A DNA stretch of 64,000 nucleotides from Anaerolineae bacterium (GTDB lineage Bacteria > Chloroflexota > Anaerolineae > B4-G1 > SLSP01). A model generated the notes under the pieces. That model was not told the origin of the DNA, made no database searches, and worked only from the letters and a program-made list of their open reading frames with translations. Shown here one piece after another: positions 1 through 10,024 of this stretch. The stretch lies in the NCBI GenBank assembly GCA_034432595.1, contig DAOUBT010000015.1, positions 5,800 to 69,799 on the forward strand, written 5' to 3'. Each line of letters begins with the position of its first letter. Within the stretch, counting starts at the first letter, position 1. Position numbers and translations under genes: made by a program.

Positions 1-1152
1 GTGCTCGAAACACGAAAGCGCCGCCCCCTCGTCCGCCGGAATGTGCATACCGGCCTGCGCCATCAGCGTGAGCAGGCCCAGGGTCTTGAGCGAGACGGTC
101 TTGCCGCCGGTGTTCGGGCCGGTAATGATGAGAATATGCGTCTCCGCGTCGAAGACGATGTTCACCGGCACCACCTTGCGCGGGTCCAGCAGCGGATGGC
201 GCGCGCCGGGCAGACGTATCACCGTGCCCGGATGCAGATTGTCGCCCTGTGGCGTGGGTGGGGTGGCCGGAATAGGGAGCAGTTCCGGTTCGGTCGCCAT
301 CAACGCTTCCGCATAGCGCGCTTTAGCCAGGATGAGGTCCAGCTCGGCGAGGGCATCGAGGGTGTGGATGATGGGCCGGGCGGCAGCGGCGATGTGATGG
401 CATAGCTCGGCCAGCAGGCGATAGATTTCCTCGTCCTCAGCCAGCTTCAGTTCGCGCAGCGTGTTGTTGAGTTCCACGACGGCCAGCGGCTCGATGAAAA
501 GCGTGGCTCCGCTTGCGGAACGGTCATGGACCACGCCCTGAATGTGCCCTCTGGCTTCGGCTTTCACCGGCACGACGAAGCGCCCTTCGCGGCGGGTGAT
601 GACGGTTTCCTGCAGGTGGCGTGCCGTATCGGCATCGGCGATGAGGCGGCGCAGGCGCTCCTGAATGCGCTCCTGCGTCACGCGCAGCGCGCTGCGGATG
701 CGCGCCAGTTCGGGCGAGGCGTCGTCGCGCACTTCGCCGCGGTCATCGAGCACGCGCGCGATGGCCTGCGGAATGTGGGGCAGGGGGACGATGCGCGCGG
801 CGATATCGGCCAGGCCGGGGAAGCTTTCTTCTATACGCAGCAGGGCCCGTTGCAGGCGCTCCGCCCCTTCAAGGGTGGCGCGCACCGCCAACAGTTCTTG
901 CGGGTCAAGCAGCGCGCCGTGTTCCGCACGTTCCGCGTAAGGGCGGATATCGGTGATGCCACCTAAAGAGAAATCCGGGCGCTGTTGCAGGAGGGAACGG
1001 CCTTCGCGCGTCAGGCGCAGGGCATCGCGCGCCGCGTGCACATCCGGCGATGGGGTTAACTGCAAGGCCAGCTCCGCCCCGCCGGAAAAATCGGCATAGC
1101 GCGCCAAGCGCGCCAGAATTTTGGGATATTCAAGCGTTTCCAGGTGTCTCAT
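1..1152 (-). CDS. mutS2: Endonuclease MutS2 (N-terminal ~384 aa; C-terminal part lies upstream of window start)
   Basis: Reverse-strand translation starts at the ATG at 1152 (MRHLETLEYPKILARLARY...). It continues to the Walker A motif IITGPNTGGKTVSLKTLGLLTLMAQAG near the window start. The ORF runs off the window edge, so it is absent from the ORF track; the + strand ORFs at 1-405 and 526-966 are antisense artefacts. Confidence 0.8.
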   Translation of the reverse strand, partial: MRHLETLEYPKILARLARYADFSGGAELALQLTPSPDVHAARDALRLTREGRSLLQQRPDFSLGGITDIRPYAERAEHGALLDPQELLAVRATLEGAERLQRALLRIEESFPGLADIAARIVPLPHIPQAIARVLDDRGEVRDDASPELARIRSALRVTQERIQERLRRLIADADTARHLQETVITRREGRFVVPVKAEARGHIQGVVHDRSASGATLFIEPLAVVELNNTLRELKLAEDEEIYRLLAELCHHIAAAARPIIHTLDALAELDLILAKARYAEALMATEPELLPIPATPPTPQGDNLHPGTVIRLPGARHPLLDPRKVVPVNIVFDAETHILIITGPNTGGKTVSLKTLGLLTLMAQAGMHIPADEGAALSCFEH

Positions 1153-1212
1153 GAATCCTGTGCCTTCAGAAGCATAGAAACAGACGGGGCAACGCAAGTT
1201 GCCCCTCGTGCG

Positions 1213-1743
1213 TTAGAGCAAAGCCGGCGGGTAGCCGTTAAAGAAAAATGGATAAAGCAAGGGACGCAAGATGCTTAACACAGCATCGGTAAAAGGGCGT
1301 AAGCCGGAGCGGGTGTACAAATCGTAATAAAAACTCCACCGTTCCAGATTCACCCACTGCATGGAGACGGCCACTTCCAGCCCCTGCAAGAGCAGGGTCA
1401 GGATAAGCGCGCCCGAAATCAAGCCAATCAGCCCGCCGAAGACGTAATCCAGGAAGCCGAGTTTGGGCAGGGTCGTATCCGGAAAAGCCCAGAGCAGGAA
1501 CAGATACACACCCGCGTAGAACAGCGCCACCAGGAAAATGAATTCCACTCCTTCGCGCAGGCTCACACTTCCCATTTTAATCGCTTTGGTGTACACGGCG
1601 AAAGGACGGTAGAGCAGCCCTGCCGCACCGGTAGCAAGGTAAAGGCTGAACACATTCAGGGCTGCGCGCACGGTGCGCTGATAAGCCTGCCAGCCCGCAA
1701 AAAGCAACACCAGGATAAGCAACAATCCATCGAAAGGCGTCAT
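1213..1743 (-). CDS. cvpA: CvpA family membrane protein
   Basis: 176-aa protein with 4 predicted TM helices and a Gly/Arg-rich loop. It is adjacent to mutS2, as cvpA is in Bacillus. A GGAGG RBS sits 7 nt upstream of the ATG. Confidence 0.55.
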   Translation of the reverse strand: MTPFDGLLLILVLLFAGWQAYQRTVRAALNVFSLYLATGAAGLLYRPFAVYTKAIKMGSVSLREGVEFIFLVALFYAGVYLFLLWAFPDTTLPKLGFLDYVFGGLIGLISGALILTLLLQGLEVAVSMQWVNLERWSFYYDLYTRSGLRPFTDAVLSILRPLLYPFFFNGYPPALL

Positions 1744-1854
1744 TTTTCAGCCTCCCCACTGTTGACATGCCACACGCTGAAATTATACCATAGGTGATAA
1801 AGGCGCAAAGGGTTGAGCCTATTGGGAGTGCGGTGCCATAGAACATGCGGGCGG

Positions 1855-1888
1855 GGTAGGGGGGCGAAGGTATTGCCTTCGCCTACGC
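1855..1888. repeat. REP-like GC-rich palindrome (imperfect copy: ggtaggggggcgaaggtattgccttcgcctac)
   Basis: Inverted repeat that matches the palindrome family seen at 7356, 14603, 27227, 44656, 48569, 52977 and 62667. Confidence 0.5.
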
Positions 1889-2074
1889 TGCTTTTGTTCC
1901 CCGGCTCTTGCCCACCCGATTTTTCATCACGCTGTTCTCCGGCTGAAAACGCATCGGCAGCGCGTTCAACGATTGCTCCGCTATGGGGTGGCAGGCAGGT
2001 ACGGTTATCTCTCTAAAATCTTGATTCGGGTGTATGATGCGAATATCCTATGTGCCGTTTGAGGAGGTAGAGTT

Positions 2075-3904
2075 ATGTTGCGAGACTGGTTAATCGGGCC
2101 ACCGCTGCCCACCCAACTTGCGCAGGAGGAACGCCTGAGTAAGATCCAGGCCCTGGCGGCTTTTTCGCCCGATGCATTGTCTTCAATTGCTTATGCCAAC
2201 CAGGAGATCTTTTTATCCCTGGTGGTAGCTGGCGCCGCCGGGTTAGCCTCGTCGTTGTGGATCGCCCTTGCGATCACCGTCGTGCTGGTCATCGTGGGCC
2301 TTTCTTATTACCAGACTATTCAAGCCTACCCGCAAGGAGGTGGCTCCTACACGGTCGCCAGAGAAAATTTAGGGATGACGACCAGCCTGGTGGTAGCAGG
2401 AGCTCTGGTGATTGACTACATGCTCAACGCTGCGGTAAGTGCGACTGCGGGCATCGCCGCGTTGACTTCGGCTTTCCCCGTCCTGCTGCCTTATCGCGTT
2501 ATTCTTTCGCTCACCCTGTTGGGTGTGATTACGATTCTGAATTTGCGCGGGGCGCGCGAATCGGGCCGGGCGATGGCCGTTCCCGTCTACGCTTTTGTCG
2601 GGACTTACGCTCTGCTCGTCGTGATAGGTCTGGTGCGAATGCGCATCGAACCAACCGCAGCGCTGCAAACCGTTGCGCCGCCGGCGCTGGTGCCGTTGAC
2701 GTTGGGGGTCTTGTTGCACGCTTTCGCTTCTGGCTGCACGGCTTTGACCGGTGTGGAAGCCATCAGCAACGGCGTGCCCGCTTTCAAGCCCCCGGAGTCT
2801 CGTCACGCCGGGCAGACGTTGCTGGTGATGGTACTCTTGATGGGTTTCCTGTTCCTGGGCACGGTAGGCATGACCCAGCATTTCGCCGTGATTCCCGCGG
2901 AGCACGAAACCATTCTCTCCGCCCTGGCACATCGGCTGGTGGGATCGGGGCTTCCTTACTACCTCGTGCAGGGGGTCACCTTAGTCATGCTCGCCGTCGC
3001 GGCCAACACCAGCTTCGCCGGATTCCCACGCCTGGCCGCCATTCTGGCCCAGGATGGCTTTTTGCCGCGTCAACTTGCCTTTCTGGGCGACCGTCTGGTG
3101 TATTCCAACGGCATCATACTGCTGTCGGCCCTTTCCATGGTGCTGGTCGTGCTTTTTGGGGGCGATACCCATGCGTTGATTCCGCTCTTTGCAGTCGGCA
3201 CTTTCACGGCCTTCACGCTTTCCCAGGCGGGCATGGTTCGTCACTGGTGGCGACGGCGCACCCGTGGCTGGGAGGTGAGTATGTTGATGAATGCCATGGG
3301 TACCGTCATGACCGGCCTGGCGCTGACCCTGGTGACGATAGGCAGGTTTGTGCACGGCGCCTGGATTGTGCTGGTCTCCATTCCGCTGCTCGTGGCCCTG
3401 TTCCGCGCCATTAAAGCGCACTACGTGGAGATTGGACGCGAATTGACGCTGCATGGGCTGCCCCCCGACATTCGTCCTCTTGCCAAACCGCGCATCGTGA
3501 TTCCCATTTCCGGCGTTCATCGTGGCGTCATCGAAGCCGTGCGCTATGCGCTTTCGATTTCCGACAAAGTAACAGCCGTGTATGTGGAAGTGATGCCTGG
3601 AGGTGCGGAAAAGGTCCGCCGTGCCTGGGAGCAATGGGAGCCGGACATTCCCCTCGTGGTTTTGCCATCTCCCTACCGTTCCACCCTGGGACCCTTCCTG
3701 GAGTTCCTCGACCGCACCGATAATGAGCACAACGACGGACAACTGGCAACGGTTTTGCTACCGGAATTTGTCCCGGCGCGCTGGTGGCAGGTGCCTCTGC
3801 ACAATCAGACGGCGTGGCTGTTCAAAATGGCGCTTTTGTACCGGCGGCGGCGTTATGGACGGGGGCGCGCCATCATTGATGTGCCCTTCTTCTTGCGGCG
3901 TTAG
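2075..3904 (+). CDS. APC family amino-acid permease with C-terminal USP-like cytoplasmic domain
   Basis: 609 aa with 12 predicted TM segments and an APC-type N-terminus, followed by a ~200-aa soluble tail (PRIVIPISGVHRGVIEAVRYAL...). GGAGGT RBS. Confidence 0.75.
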   Translation: MLRDWLIGPPLPTQLAQEERLSKIQALAAFSPDALSSIAYANQEIFLSLVVAGAAGLASSLWIALAITVVLVIVGLSYYQTIQAYPQGGGSYTVARENLGMTTSLVVAGALVIDYMLNAAVSATAGIAALTSAFPVLLPYRVILSLTLLGVITILNLRGARESGRAMAVPVYAFVGTYALLVVIGLVRMRIEPTAALQTVAPPALVPLTLGVLLHAFASGCTALTGVEAISNGVPAFKPPESRHAGQTLLVMVLLMGFLFLGTVGMTQHFAVIPAEHETILSALAHRLVGSGLPYYLVQGVTLVMLAVAANTSFAGFPRLAAILAQDGFLPRQLAFLGDRLVYSNGIILLSALSMVLVVLFGGDTHALIPLFAVGTFTAFTLSQAGMVRHWWRRRTRGWEVSMLMNAMGTVMTGLALTLVTIGRFVHGAWIVLVSIPLLVALFRAIKAHYVEIGRELTLHGLPPDIRPLAKPRIVIPISGVHRGVIEAVRYALSISDKVTAVYVEVMPGGAEKVRRAWEQWEPDIPLVVLPSPYRSTLGPFLEFLDRTDNEHNDGQLATVLLPEFVPARWWQVPLHNQTAWLFKMALLYRRRRYGRGRAIIDVPFFLRR

Positions 3905-4665
3905 CGCGCTTGCAGGGCGGCGATCAGGGCCGGCATCACCTCTTCCGCCGGCCCGGCCAGGCTGATGTGCACCAGAGGCGTGTGCGCCGTGGGGTTGGGG
4001 TTCACCTCGATGCAGAAAACCTTGTACTCCAGCGCCCAGACGGGGAGATGGGACGCCGGAGCGACCATGCCCGATGTGCCCACAATCAGCAGAACCTGGG
4101 CTTCGAGCACCGCTTCAACGGCAGCCCCCCAGGCATCCGAGGGCAACATCTCGCCAAACCACACCACATCCGGACGCTGCCAGGCGCCGCAGTAGGGGCA
4201 GGGTGGGGGAAAATCCAGGTCCAGTGGCGGCTCCGGCAGCAACGTGGGTTCGCCGCGGCAGGCGGCGCTGCACTTGAAGCGGCGGAAGCTGCCGTGGAGC
4301 TCCAGCACACGCCGGCTCCCCGCCGCCTGATGCAGGCCGTCAATGTTCTGCGTGATGACCGTCACCTGTGGGATGAGGTCCTCCAGTGCGGCGATAGCTT
4401 CATGCGCCGGGTTGGGGCGCGCCGCCATAATATGGCGGCGGCGTTGATTGTACCAGGCCCACACCTCGCGTGGATGCTTCAGAAAGCCCTCGTAAGTAGC
4501 GTAAAGGTTGGGGTCGTAGCGCTGCCAGGCGCCGTCCGCGTCGCGGTAGGTGGCCAATCCGCTCGCGCGCGAGACGCCGGCGCCGGTCAACACGGCCAGC
4601 TTTTCGCAGCGCTTGAGGACTTGTGCCGCATGGAGCAGCTCCTTTTCAATGTCGGGATGGGCCAT
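3901..4665 (-). CDS. NAD-dependent protein deacylase (Sir2/CobB family sirtuin)
   Basis: Motifs GAGVSRASGLATYRD, TQNIDGLH, ELHGS and a CxxC...CPYC zinc ribbon. Confidence 0.85.
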   Translation of the reverse strand: MAHPDIEKELLHAAQVLKRCEKLAVLTGAGVSRASGLATYRDADGAWQRYDPNLYATYEGFLKHPREVWAWYNQRRRHIMAARPNPAHEAIAALEDLIPQVTVITQNIDGLHQAAGSRRVLELHGSFRRFKCSAACRGEPTLLPEPPLDLDFPPPCPYCGAWQRPDVVWFGEMLPSDAWGAAVEAVLEAQVLLIVGTSGMVAPASHLPVWALEYKVFCIEVNPNPTAHTPLVHISLAGPAEEVMPALIAALQAR

Positions 4666-4882
4666 AGCACTTCTGCCACAAATAAGCGCTCAGCAAAATC
4701 AGGAAAACGCCCACCCCCATCAACCCCGTGCTCAACAGGTCGAGCAAGGTGATACTGTGCTGCGCGTCCAGGACCCACAGGCTCGGCCCCTCGCTTTCAA
4801 AGGGCAGGGCTAAAGTCACCAGGCCCAACAGCGTCAACGTCAGACCCAGGGCGCTGAGCCAGGGGATGAGGCGCGCGCTCAT
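4646..4882 (-). CDS. Small two-TM membrane protein (78 aa), hypothetical
   Basis: Strong GC3 bias. The ATG lies 3 nt after the Trm112 stop. The ORF overlaps the sirtuin start by 20 nt. Confidence 0.4.
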   Translation of the reverse strand: MSARLIPWLSALGLTLTLLGLVTLALPFESEGPSLWVLDAQHSITLLDLLSTGLMGVGVFLILLSAYLWQKCYGPSRH

Positions 4883-4885
4883 GGT

Positions 4886-5128
4886 TTACTCGACGCGGGG
4901 TGGGGGCACGGGCAGGCTTTCCACCGGCATGGCCTGCCATGCATTGCCCTGCTCAATCAACATCACCGGAATATCCTGTTGCACAGGGTATTTGCGCCCG
5001 CAATCCTGACACACCAACCAGTGGCCCCCGGCCACCAACTCCAGCCGCCCTGGGTCTTGGGTGGCCTCATGGGGTTGCGTCACACATGCCGGACAGCGCA
5101 GGATCGCCAGCAGTTTCTCGCTAATCAT
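4886..5128 (-). CDS. Trm112 family zinc-ribbon protein
   Basis: 80 aa, LLAILRCPAC...CQDCGRKYPVQQDIPVML signature. GGAGG RBS. Confidence 0.8.
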   Translation of the reverse strand: MISEKLLAILRCPACVTQPHEATQDPGRLELVAGGHWLVCQDCGRKYPVQQDIPVMLIEQGNAWQAMPVESLPVPPPRVE

Positions 5129-5161
5129 GGTTTTCCTCCAGGTTGATTGATATACAGTGGC

Positions 5162-5968
5162 TTACCCTAAAGCCACGTCCAGGAACATCATGATCGCAAA
5201 GCCCAGCAACACGCCCCAGGTGGCTTCGTGGGTGTTGCCGCTCTGTTGGGCTTCGGGGATGAGGTCCTCGGCGACGACGAAAATCATCGCGCCCGCGGCG
5301 AACGCCATGGCGTAGGGCAGGATGGGACGCGCCACCAGCACGGTTGCAGCACCCAGCACGCCCGCGATGGGTTCCACCATGCCGGAAAGCTGCCCATACC
5401 AGAAGCTCTTGAGGTGCGAAGCGCCCTCACGATGGAGCGGCATGGACACCGCCAGACCTTCCGGCAGATTCTGAATGCCGATGCCTAAAGCCAGGGCCAT
5501 GGCGCCGGCTAAGGTCGCCGAGGGCAACCCTGCTGCTGTAGCGCCAAAGGCCACCCCTACGGCCAGGCCTTCTGGGAAATTGTGGAGCGTAATCGCCAGA
5601 ATGAGCAGGGTCACACGCTGCCAGCGGGTCTTGATGCCTTCAGGATTCGCTTCGCCCATGTGCAGGTGCGGCAACACTTTATCCACGCCGCGCAGAAAAA
5701 CCCCGCCTGCCAGGAAGCCCACCACCGCCGGCACCCAGGCCGGGAGCAGGCCACCTTGCGCCATCTCGATAGCGGGGGCCAGCAGCGACCAGTAACTCGC
5801 GGCGATCATCACCCCGGCGGCGAAGCCCAACATGCTATCCATCACCTTCTGCTTCACATCGCGCGCCAGGAACACCCCCGCCGCGCCGAGCGCCGTCATG
5901 CCCCAAGTGAACAACGTTCCCAGCAGCCCTTGCAACACGGGATTGAGTTCACCTAACCAGTCTGTCAT
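5162..5968 (-). CDS. zupT: ZIP family zinc transporter ZupT
   Basis: HNFPEGLAVG and QNLPEGLAV motifs with 8 TM segments. The start was chosen at MTDWLGEL (AGGAGGAG RBS); the longer track ORF that runs to 6088 has an untypical N-terminal extension. Confidence 0.85.
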   Translation of the reverse strand: MTDWLGELNPVLQGLLGTLFTWGMTALGAAGVFLARDVKQKVMDSMLGFAAGVMIAASYWSLLAPAIEMAQGGLLPAWVPAVVGFLAGGVFLRGVDKVLPHLHMGEANPEGIKTRWQRVTLLILAITLHNFPEGLAVGVAFGATAAGLPSATLAGAMALALGIGIQNLPEGLAVSMPLHREGASHLKSFWYGQLSGMVEPIAGVLGAATVLVARPILPYAMAFAAGAMIFVVAEDLIPEAQQSGNTHEATWGVLLGFAIMMFLDVALG

Positions 5969-6072
5969 GCCGCTTCTCCTCCTCTGCGTTTCACGGATAG
6001 TATAGCACAGCCCACTTGTTTGGAAAGCATGGTATAATCGGGACGTCAGATGATTTGTAATTGGAGGTAATC

Positions 6073-7146
6073 GTGGAAACTCATCCACCCCTTGACCCGG
6101 CCTACAAGCGCTTAGCGCAGCGGCTCGACAGCCTGCCGGAGGGCTTTCCCCCTACGGCCAGTGGTGTGGAGTTGCGCTTGCTGGCCCACCTTTTCACGCC
6201 TGCGGAAGCGGCCCTGGTGGCGGATCTCACCCTCACGCCGGAGACGGCGCCGGAGTTCGCGCAACGCACCGGACGTGATGCGCGCGAGGTGCGGCAGATG
6301 CTCAAGGACCTGGTGCGACGCGGCCTCATCAGCGCGGAACGTACCCCGCGCGGCCTGGGCTATGCCCTGCTTCCCTTTGTCGTTGGCATCTACGAAATGC
6401 AGGGTAGCCGCATTGATCGCACCTTAGCGGAGCTTTTTGAGGCTTATTACCACGAGGCTTTCGGGCGCGTGGCTGCGATTAACCCGCCGGTGCACCGCGT
6501 CATTCCCGTGCAGCAGAGCATCCAGACCGAACTTAACGTCCAGCCCTACGAAAACGCGGCGGACATCGTCCGCTCCGCGCAGGCCTGGGGCGTGTTGGAT
6601 TGCGTCTGTCGCAAACAAAAAGCCCTCATCGGCCAACCCTGTGGTCACCCGCTGGACGTGTGTATGATTCTGAGCCAGACCCCCGGCGCTTTCGATCAGG
6701 CCGAGGGCATCCGCGCGCTCACCCTGGACGAGGCTCTGGCGACCCTGCGCCGCGCTGCCGACGCCGGGCTGGTGCATTCCGTGAGCAACTCGCGCGAGGA
6801 CTTGTGGTACATCTGTAACTGTTGTACCTGCTCCTGCGGCATCCTGCGCGGCATGGTGGATTTAGGTCTCAGCGGCGTGGTCGCCAGTTCCGGTTTTATC
6901 AGTCAGGTGGATGAGGCTGCCTGCATCGCGTGCGGCGCGTGCGCGGACCGCTGTCCCTTCATGGCCATCACCGTGGAAGACGTGGCGCGCGTGGACGCTT
7001 TGCGCTGCGCAGGCTGTGGGCAGTGCATCCTGGTGTGCCCCAGCGATGCGCTGAGCCTGGTCCGCCGCCCGGATGCCGGGCCGGATACGCTGCCCGCGAG
7101 CCTGGCGGAATGGCGCGAGCGCCGCGCCCGCGTTCGCGGCTTGTGA
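6073..7146 (+). CDS. 4Fe-4S dicluster domain protein with N-terminal Cys-rich domain
   Basis: Two CxxCxxCxxxCP motifs (CIACGACADRCP, CAGCGQCILVCP) plus an unusual CNCCTCSCG segment. GTG start with a GGAGG RBS 5 nt upstream. An extended -10 box (tggtataat) lies near 6038-6047. Confidence 0.6.
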   Translation: METHPPLDPAYKRLAQRLDSLPEGFPPTASGVELRLLAHLFTPAEAALVADLTLTPETAPEFAQRTGRDAREVRQMLKDLVRRGLISAERTPRGLGYALLPFVVGIYEMQGSRIDRTLAELFEAYYHEAFGRVAAINPPVHRVIPVQQSIQTELNVQPYENAADIVRSAQAWGVLDCVCRKQKALIGQPCGHPLDVCMILSQTPGAFDQAEGIRALTLDEALATLRRAADAGLVHSVSNSREDLWYICNCCTCSCGILRGMVDLGLSGVVASSGFISQVDEAACIACGACADRCPFMAITVEDVARVDALRCAGCGQCILVCPSDALSLVRRPDAGPDTLPASLAEWRERRARVRGL

Positions 7147-7355
7147 GCGAAGTGCCAAAGGCAAGTCCGTGCAGGCGAACTCCAGCTCGCAGATCGCAGG
7201 GTTGGGCATCGCTCAGGTCCGCTTGTTCAGGGCACGGCTGAACACGGATTTTCGCGGATTGAATCACGCCTTTCTGTGTGCATTGCGCAGATGGATGAAC
7301 ATCGGGCTTCCATGCGTTATAGCCATGGCTCCAGACTTGACGCCGAGGTGGGCAA

Positions 7356-7458
<103 letters not shown>

Positions 7459-7579
7459 CTATTCTGGTGCAGAAGGTAAGCAGGTACTGGAACTTTTCAT
7501 CTCTTCCTGGCGTTTTTTTGATGAGGCGCGCTCACCTGAACGCGCGCCTGACTTTGAATTGCGGAAGGCGAGGTCGGAT

Positions 7580-10012
7580 ATGAGGCTTACACGGCAGATT
7601 GCAGGGTGGTTGACCCTCATCGCGTTGTTGGCGTGGGGGGTGCAACAGTCGCTTGGCGCGCCGTTACGCGCTCCTGTGCAGATGACGGTAACCCCGCTCA
7701 TGGCGGGCCATGCCAAATACGGGGAGTGGCTGCCGTTGCGTGTCACCTTGAGCAACAGCGGCGCCGATCTGGAAACCGAGGTGCGCGTCGAAGTGCCCAC
7801 CAATGCAGGGACGGCGGTGTATGCCGCCGCGGTGCCTCTGCCCTCCGGCGCGCGGAAGGAGGTGACTCTCTACGTCCCACCGGCGACGTTTAGCCGCAGT
7901 CTGGACGTGCGGCTCATCAGCGGCCAGGAAGAACTCCTGCGCGAGTCGGTCAAGGTGCAGCTACACCCGCAAAGCGAAACCCTGATCGGCGTGATCAGCT
8001 CCCGCGCGGATGCGCTCAGTCTTTTGAGCGGGATGCAGCTTTCGACGCGCGACAAAACCTCGATTCTCCCGCTGCGTCTGGAGGATTTGCCAGAGCGCTA
8101 CGAAGCGCTGCGCAGCCTTGATGTGCTCGTGCTGAGCGATGTGGACACCACGCGCCTCACCCCCGCGCAGAGCGACGCCTTAACGGCCTGGGTAGAGCAG
8201 GGCGGCCATCTGGTGCTGGGCGGTGGCAGCGCGGCGGAACGGGTTTTCGCCGGCATCCCGGAAGCGCTGCGCCCCGTCACCCTGCAGGCTCCGCGCGACT
8301 TAGAGAACCTGTCCGTATTGGAGAAGCTCACCGGTTACGAGCTGCGCGTGGGCGGCCCCTTTGTTGCCACTTTCCCGGATGAAGTCCTTGGCGCAAAAAT
8401 CATTCATGCGGACGGGCAGACCTACGTGACGCAATTGACCCTGGGCAAGGGGTGGGTGATGTACCTGGCTTTAGATCCCACCGCCAGCCCCTTCGATGCC
8501 TGGGCTGGCACGCCTGCCTTTTGGCGCTTGCTCCTCGAAGCTGACCTGCGCTATCCCCCCTATGCGCCGGTGGATATTCCGCTTTCCGCTTTTGAGGCGG
8601 AGCAAATGGGCTATGCCCTGCAAAACCTGCCCGTTCTTGATCCGCCCTCGATGAAGACTTTAGCCCTGGTGTTAGGTCTCTACATTTTGCTGATTGGACC
8701 GCTGAACTACCTGGTCCTGCGGCGCTTGCGCAAACTGGATTGGGCCTGGCTGACGATTCCGCTTTTCACGGTGGCGTTTGCGGCGGGGGCGTTCTACGTG
8801 GGCTATCTCACGCGCGGCAATGACGTGGTTATCAACCGCATCTCGATTCTCAACCTGACGCCCGGCAGCACCCGCAACCCGGCGCGTAACTATGTCGGCA
8901 TTGTTTCGCCCAGCGCCACCACGTATGAAGTGCGTGTTAGCGGATCGCCCCTGCTTAGCCCGATCACGGCGGTCTATGGAGGGACTTGGGGGGTAAAAGA
9001 TATGCCGCTGCCCGCTGTACCGGGCGGTCCAGAGAGTCAAACCGGCGGCACTCTCGGCTTTGAGGTGCTGCAGGGCGACCCGGCGCTGGTACGCAACTTG
9101 AGCATCAATCAGTGGGCGATGCAGAGCTTCAAGGCCGAGACGCTCTATCAGACCGAGACGCCGCCGTTTGAGGTGGAGGTGGAGACCGCGGGGGTGACGC
9201 GGGTACGCGGCACCATTCGCAACCACACGGATTACGACCTGCGGCAACCCGTGCTGGTGAACGGCTCCAGTTTTACGATCCTGGAGACCATCCCCGCGCA
9301 CGGTGAAAAAGTGTTTGATACGACCTGGCGCACGGATACTTCCGGCAATCAATTCCCCTGGTCGCTCTACAACGCGATATTCAACTGGAGCAGCAACGAT
9401 CAGGCCGTGGCGCGTGATAATCAATTGCGTCAAAGCATTCTGGATGCCTATTTTGGCACGTCATGGGGGCAGCCGCAACTGCCTTCAGGCCTGCTCCTGT
9501 TGGGGTGGAGCGACATGCCCGTGCTGGATGTTGCGATTCCACGCTTGCGCCTCGCACCCTTGCAGACCACGCTCATTGCCTACTCCATGCCCTTGCCTGT
9601 GCAGGCGGGTGAGATTACGCTGCCCTTTGGGAGCGTGATCGGGCGCTTTGTCAGCTCCGAAGGGGATGGCGGTGAATGTGGGCCAGGGCGCATTTACCTC
9701 ACGCGCGGCAAGGTCGTCGTGGATTATCAGTTGCCCACGCAGGTCCGCGGTTTGAACATGGCTTCGCTGCAGGTGTTGGGCCGCCCTGATCCGGGCATCA
9801 CGGGGCTGCCCGCCGTGGCGCTCTACGATTGGGCCAAACAGGAATGGGTTCCCTTAGAACCGTTGCAGGACTACGTCGCCGCCGAAGTCCCTGACCCGCA
9901 GCGTTTCCTCAGCCCGGTCAGCAGTGTCATCCGTCTGCAGGCTTCCTTTGAGGATTGGGGCGGTAAGGGCTGCTACGAATTTCAGGTTGGCCTCACGGGA
10001 CAGATGCCGTAA
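7580..10012 (+). CDS. Large extracytoplasmic membrane protein, GldG/DUF4350-like ABC-transporter auxiliary component (hypothetical)
   Basis: Signal anchor (MRLTRQIAGWLTLIALLAWG), an internal TM hairpin near residue 365-415 and two large extracytoplasmic domains. The segment LDVLVLSDVDTTRLTPAQSDALTAWVEQGGHLVLGGG resembles a non-catalytic GATase1-like fold. It is followed immediately by an ABC ATPase and an ABC-2 permease. ATG at 7580 with a GAGGT RBS (the track ORF starts at a TTG at 7559). Confidence 0.5.
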   Translation: MRLTRQIAGWLTLIALLAWGVQQSLGAPLRAPVQMTVTPLMAGHAKYGEWLPLRVTLSNSGADLETEVRVEVPTNAGTAVYAAAVPLPSGARKEVTLYVPPATFSRSLDVRLISGQEELLRESVKVQLHPQSETLIGVISSRADALSLLSGMQLSTRDKTSILPLRLEDLPERYEALRSLDVLVLSDVDTTRLTPAQSDALTAWVEQGGHLVLGGGSAAERVFAGIPEALRPVTLQAPRDLENLSVLEKLTGYELRVGGPFVATFPDEVLGAKIIHADGQTYVTQLTLGKGWVMYLALDPTASPFDAWAGTPAFWRLLLEADLRYPPYAPVDIPLSAFEAEQMGYALQNLPVLDPPSMKTLALVLGLYILLIGPLNYLVLRRLRKLDWAWLTIPLFTVAFAAGAFYVGYLTRGNDVVINRISILNLTPGSTRNPARNYVGIVSPSATTYEVRVSGSPLLSPITAVYGGTWGVKDMPLPAVPGGPESQTGGTLGFEVLQGDPALVRNLSINQWAMQSFKAETLYQTETPPFEVEVETAGVTRVRGTIRNHTDYDLRQPVLVNGSSFTILETIPAHGEKVFDTTWRTDTSGNQFPWSLYNAIFNWSSNDQAVARDNQLRQSILDAYFGTSWGQPQLPSGLLLLGWSDMPVLDVAIPRLRLAPLQTTLIAYSMPLPVQAGEITLPFGSVIGRFVSSEGDGGECGPGRIYLTRGKVVVDYQLPTQVRGLNMASLQVLGRPDPGITGLPAVALYDWAKQEWVPLEPLQDYVAAEVPDPQRFLSPVSSVIRLQASFEDWGGKGCYEFQVGLTGQMP

Positions 10013-10024
10013 GGAGGAAGAGGC

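Noticed and set aside
1-966. Plus-strand ORFs 1-405 and 526-966 from the ORF track
   Set aside because: They are antisense to a clear MutS2 reading frame on the minus strand, which has Walker A and a conserved N-terminus. High-GC genomes generate long spurious antisense ORFs.
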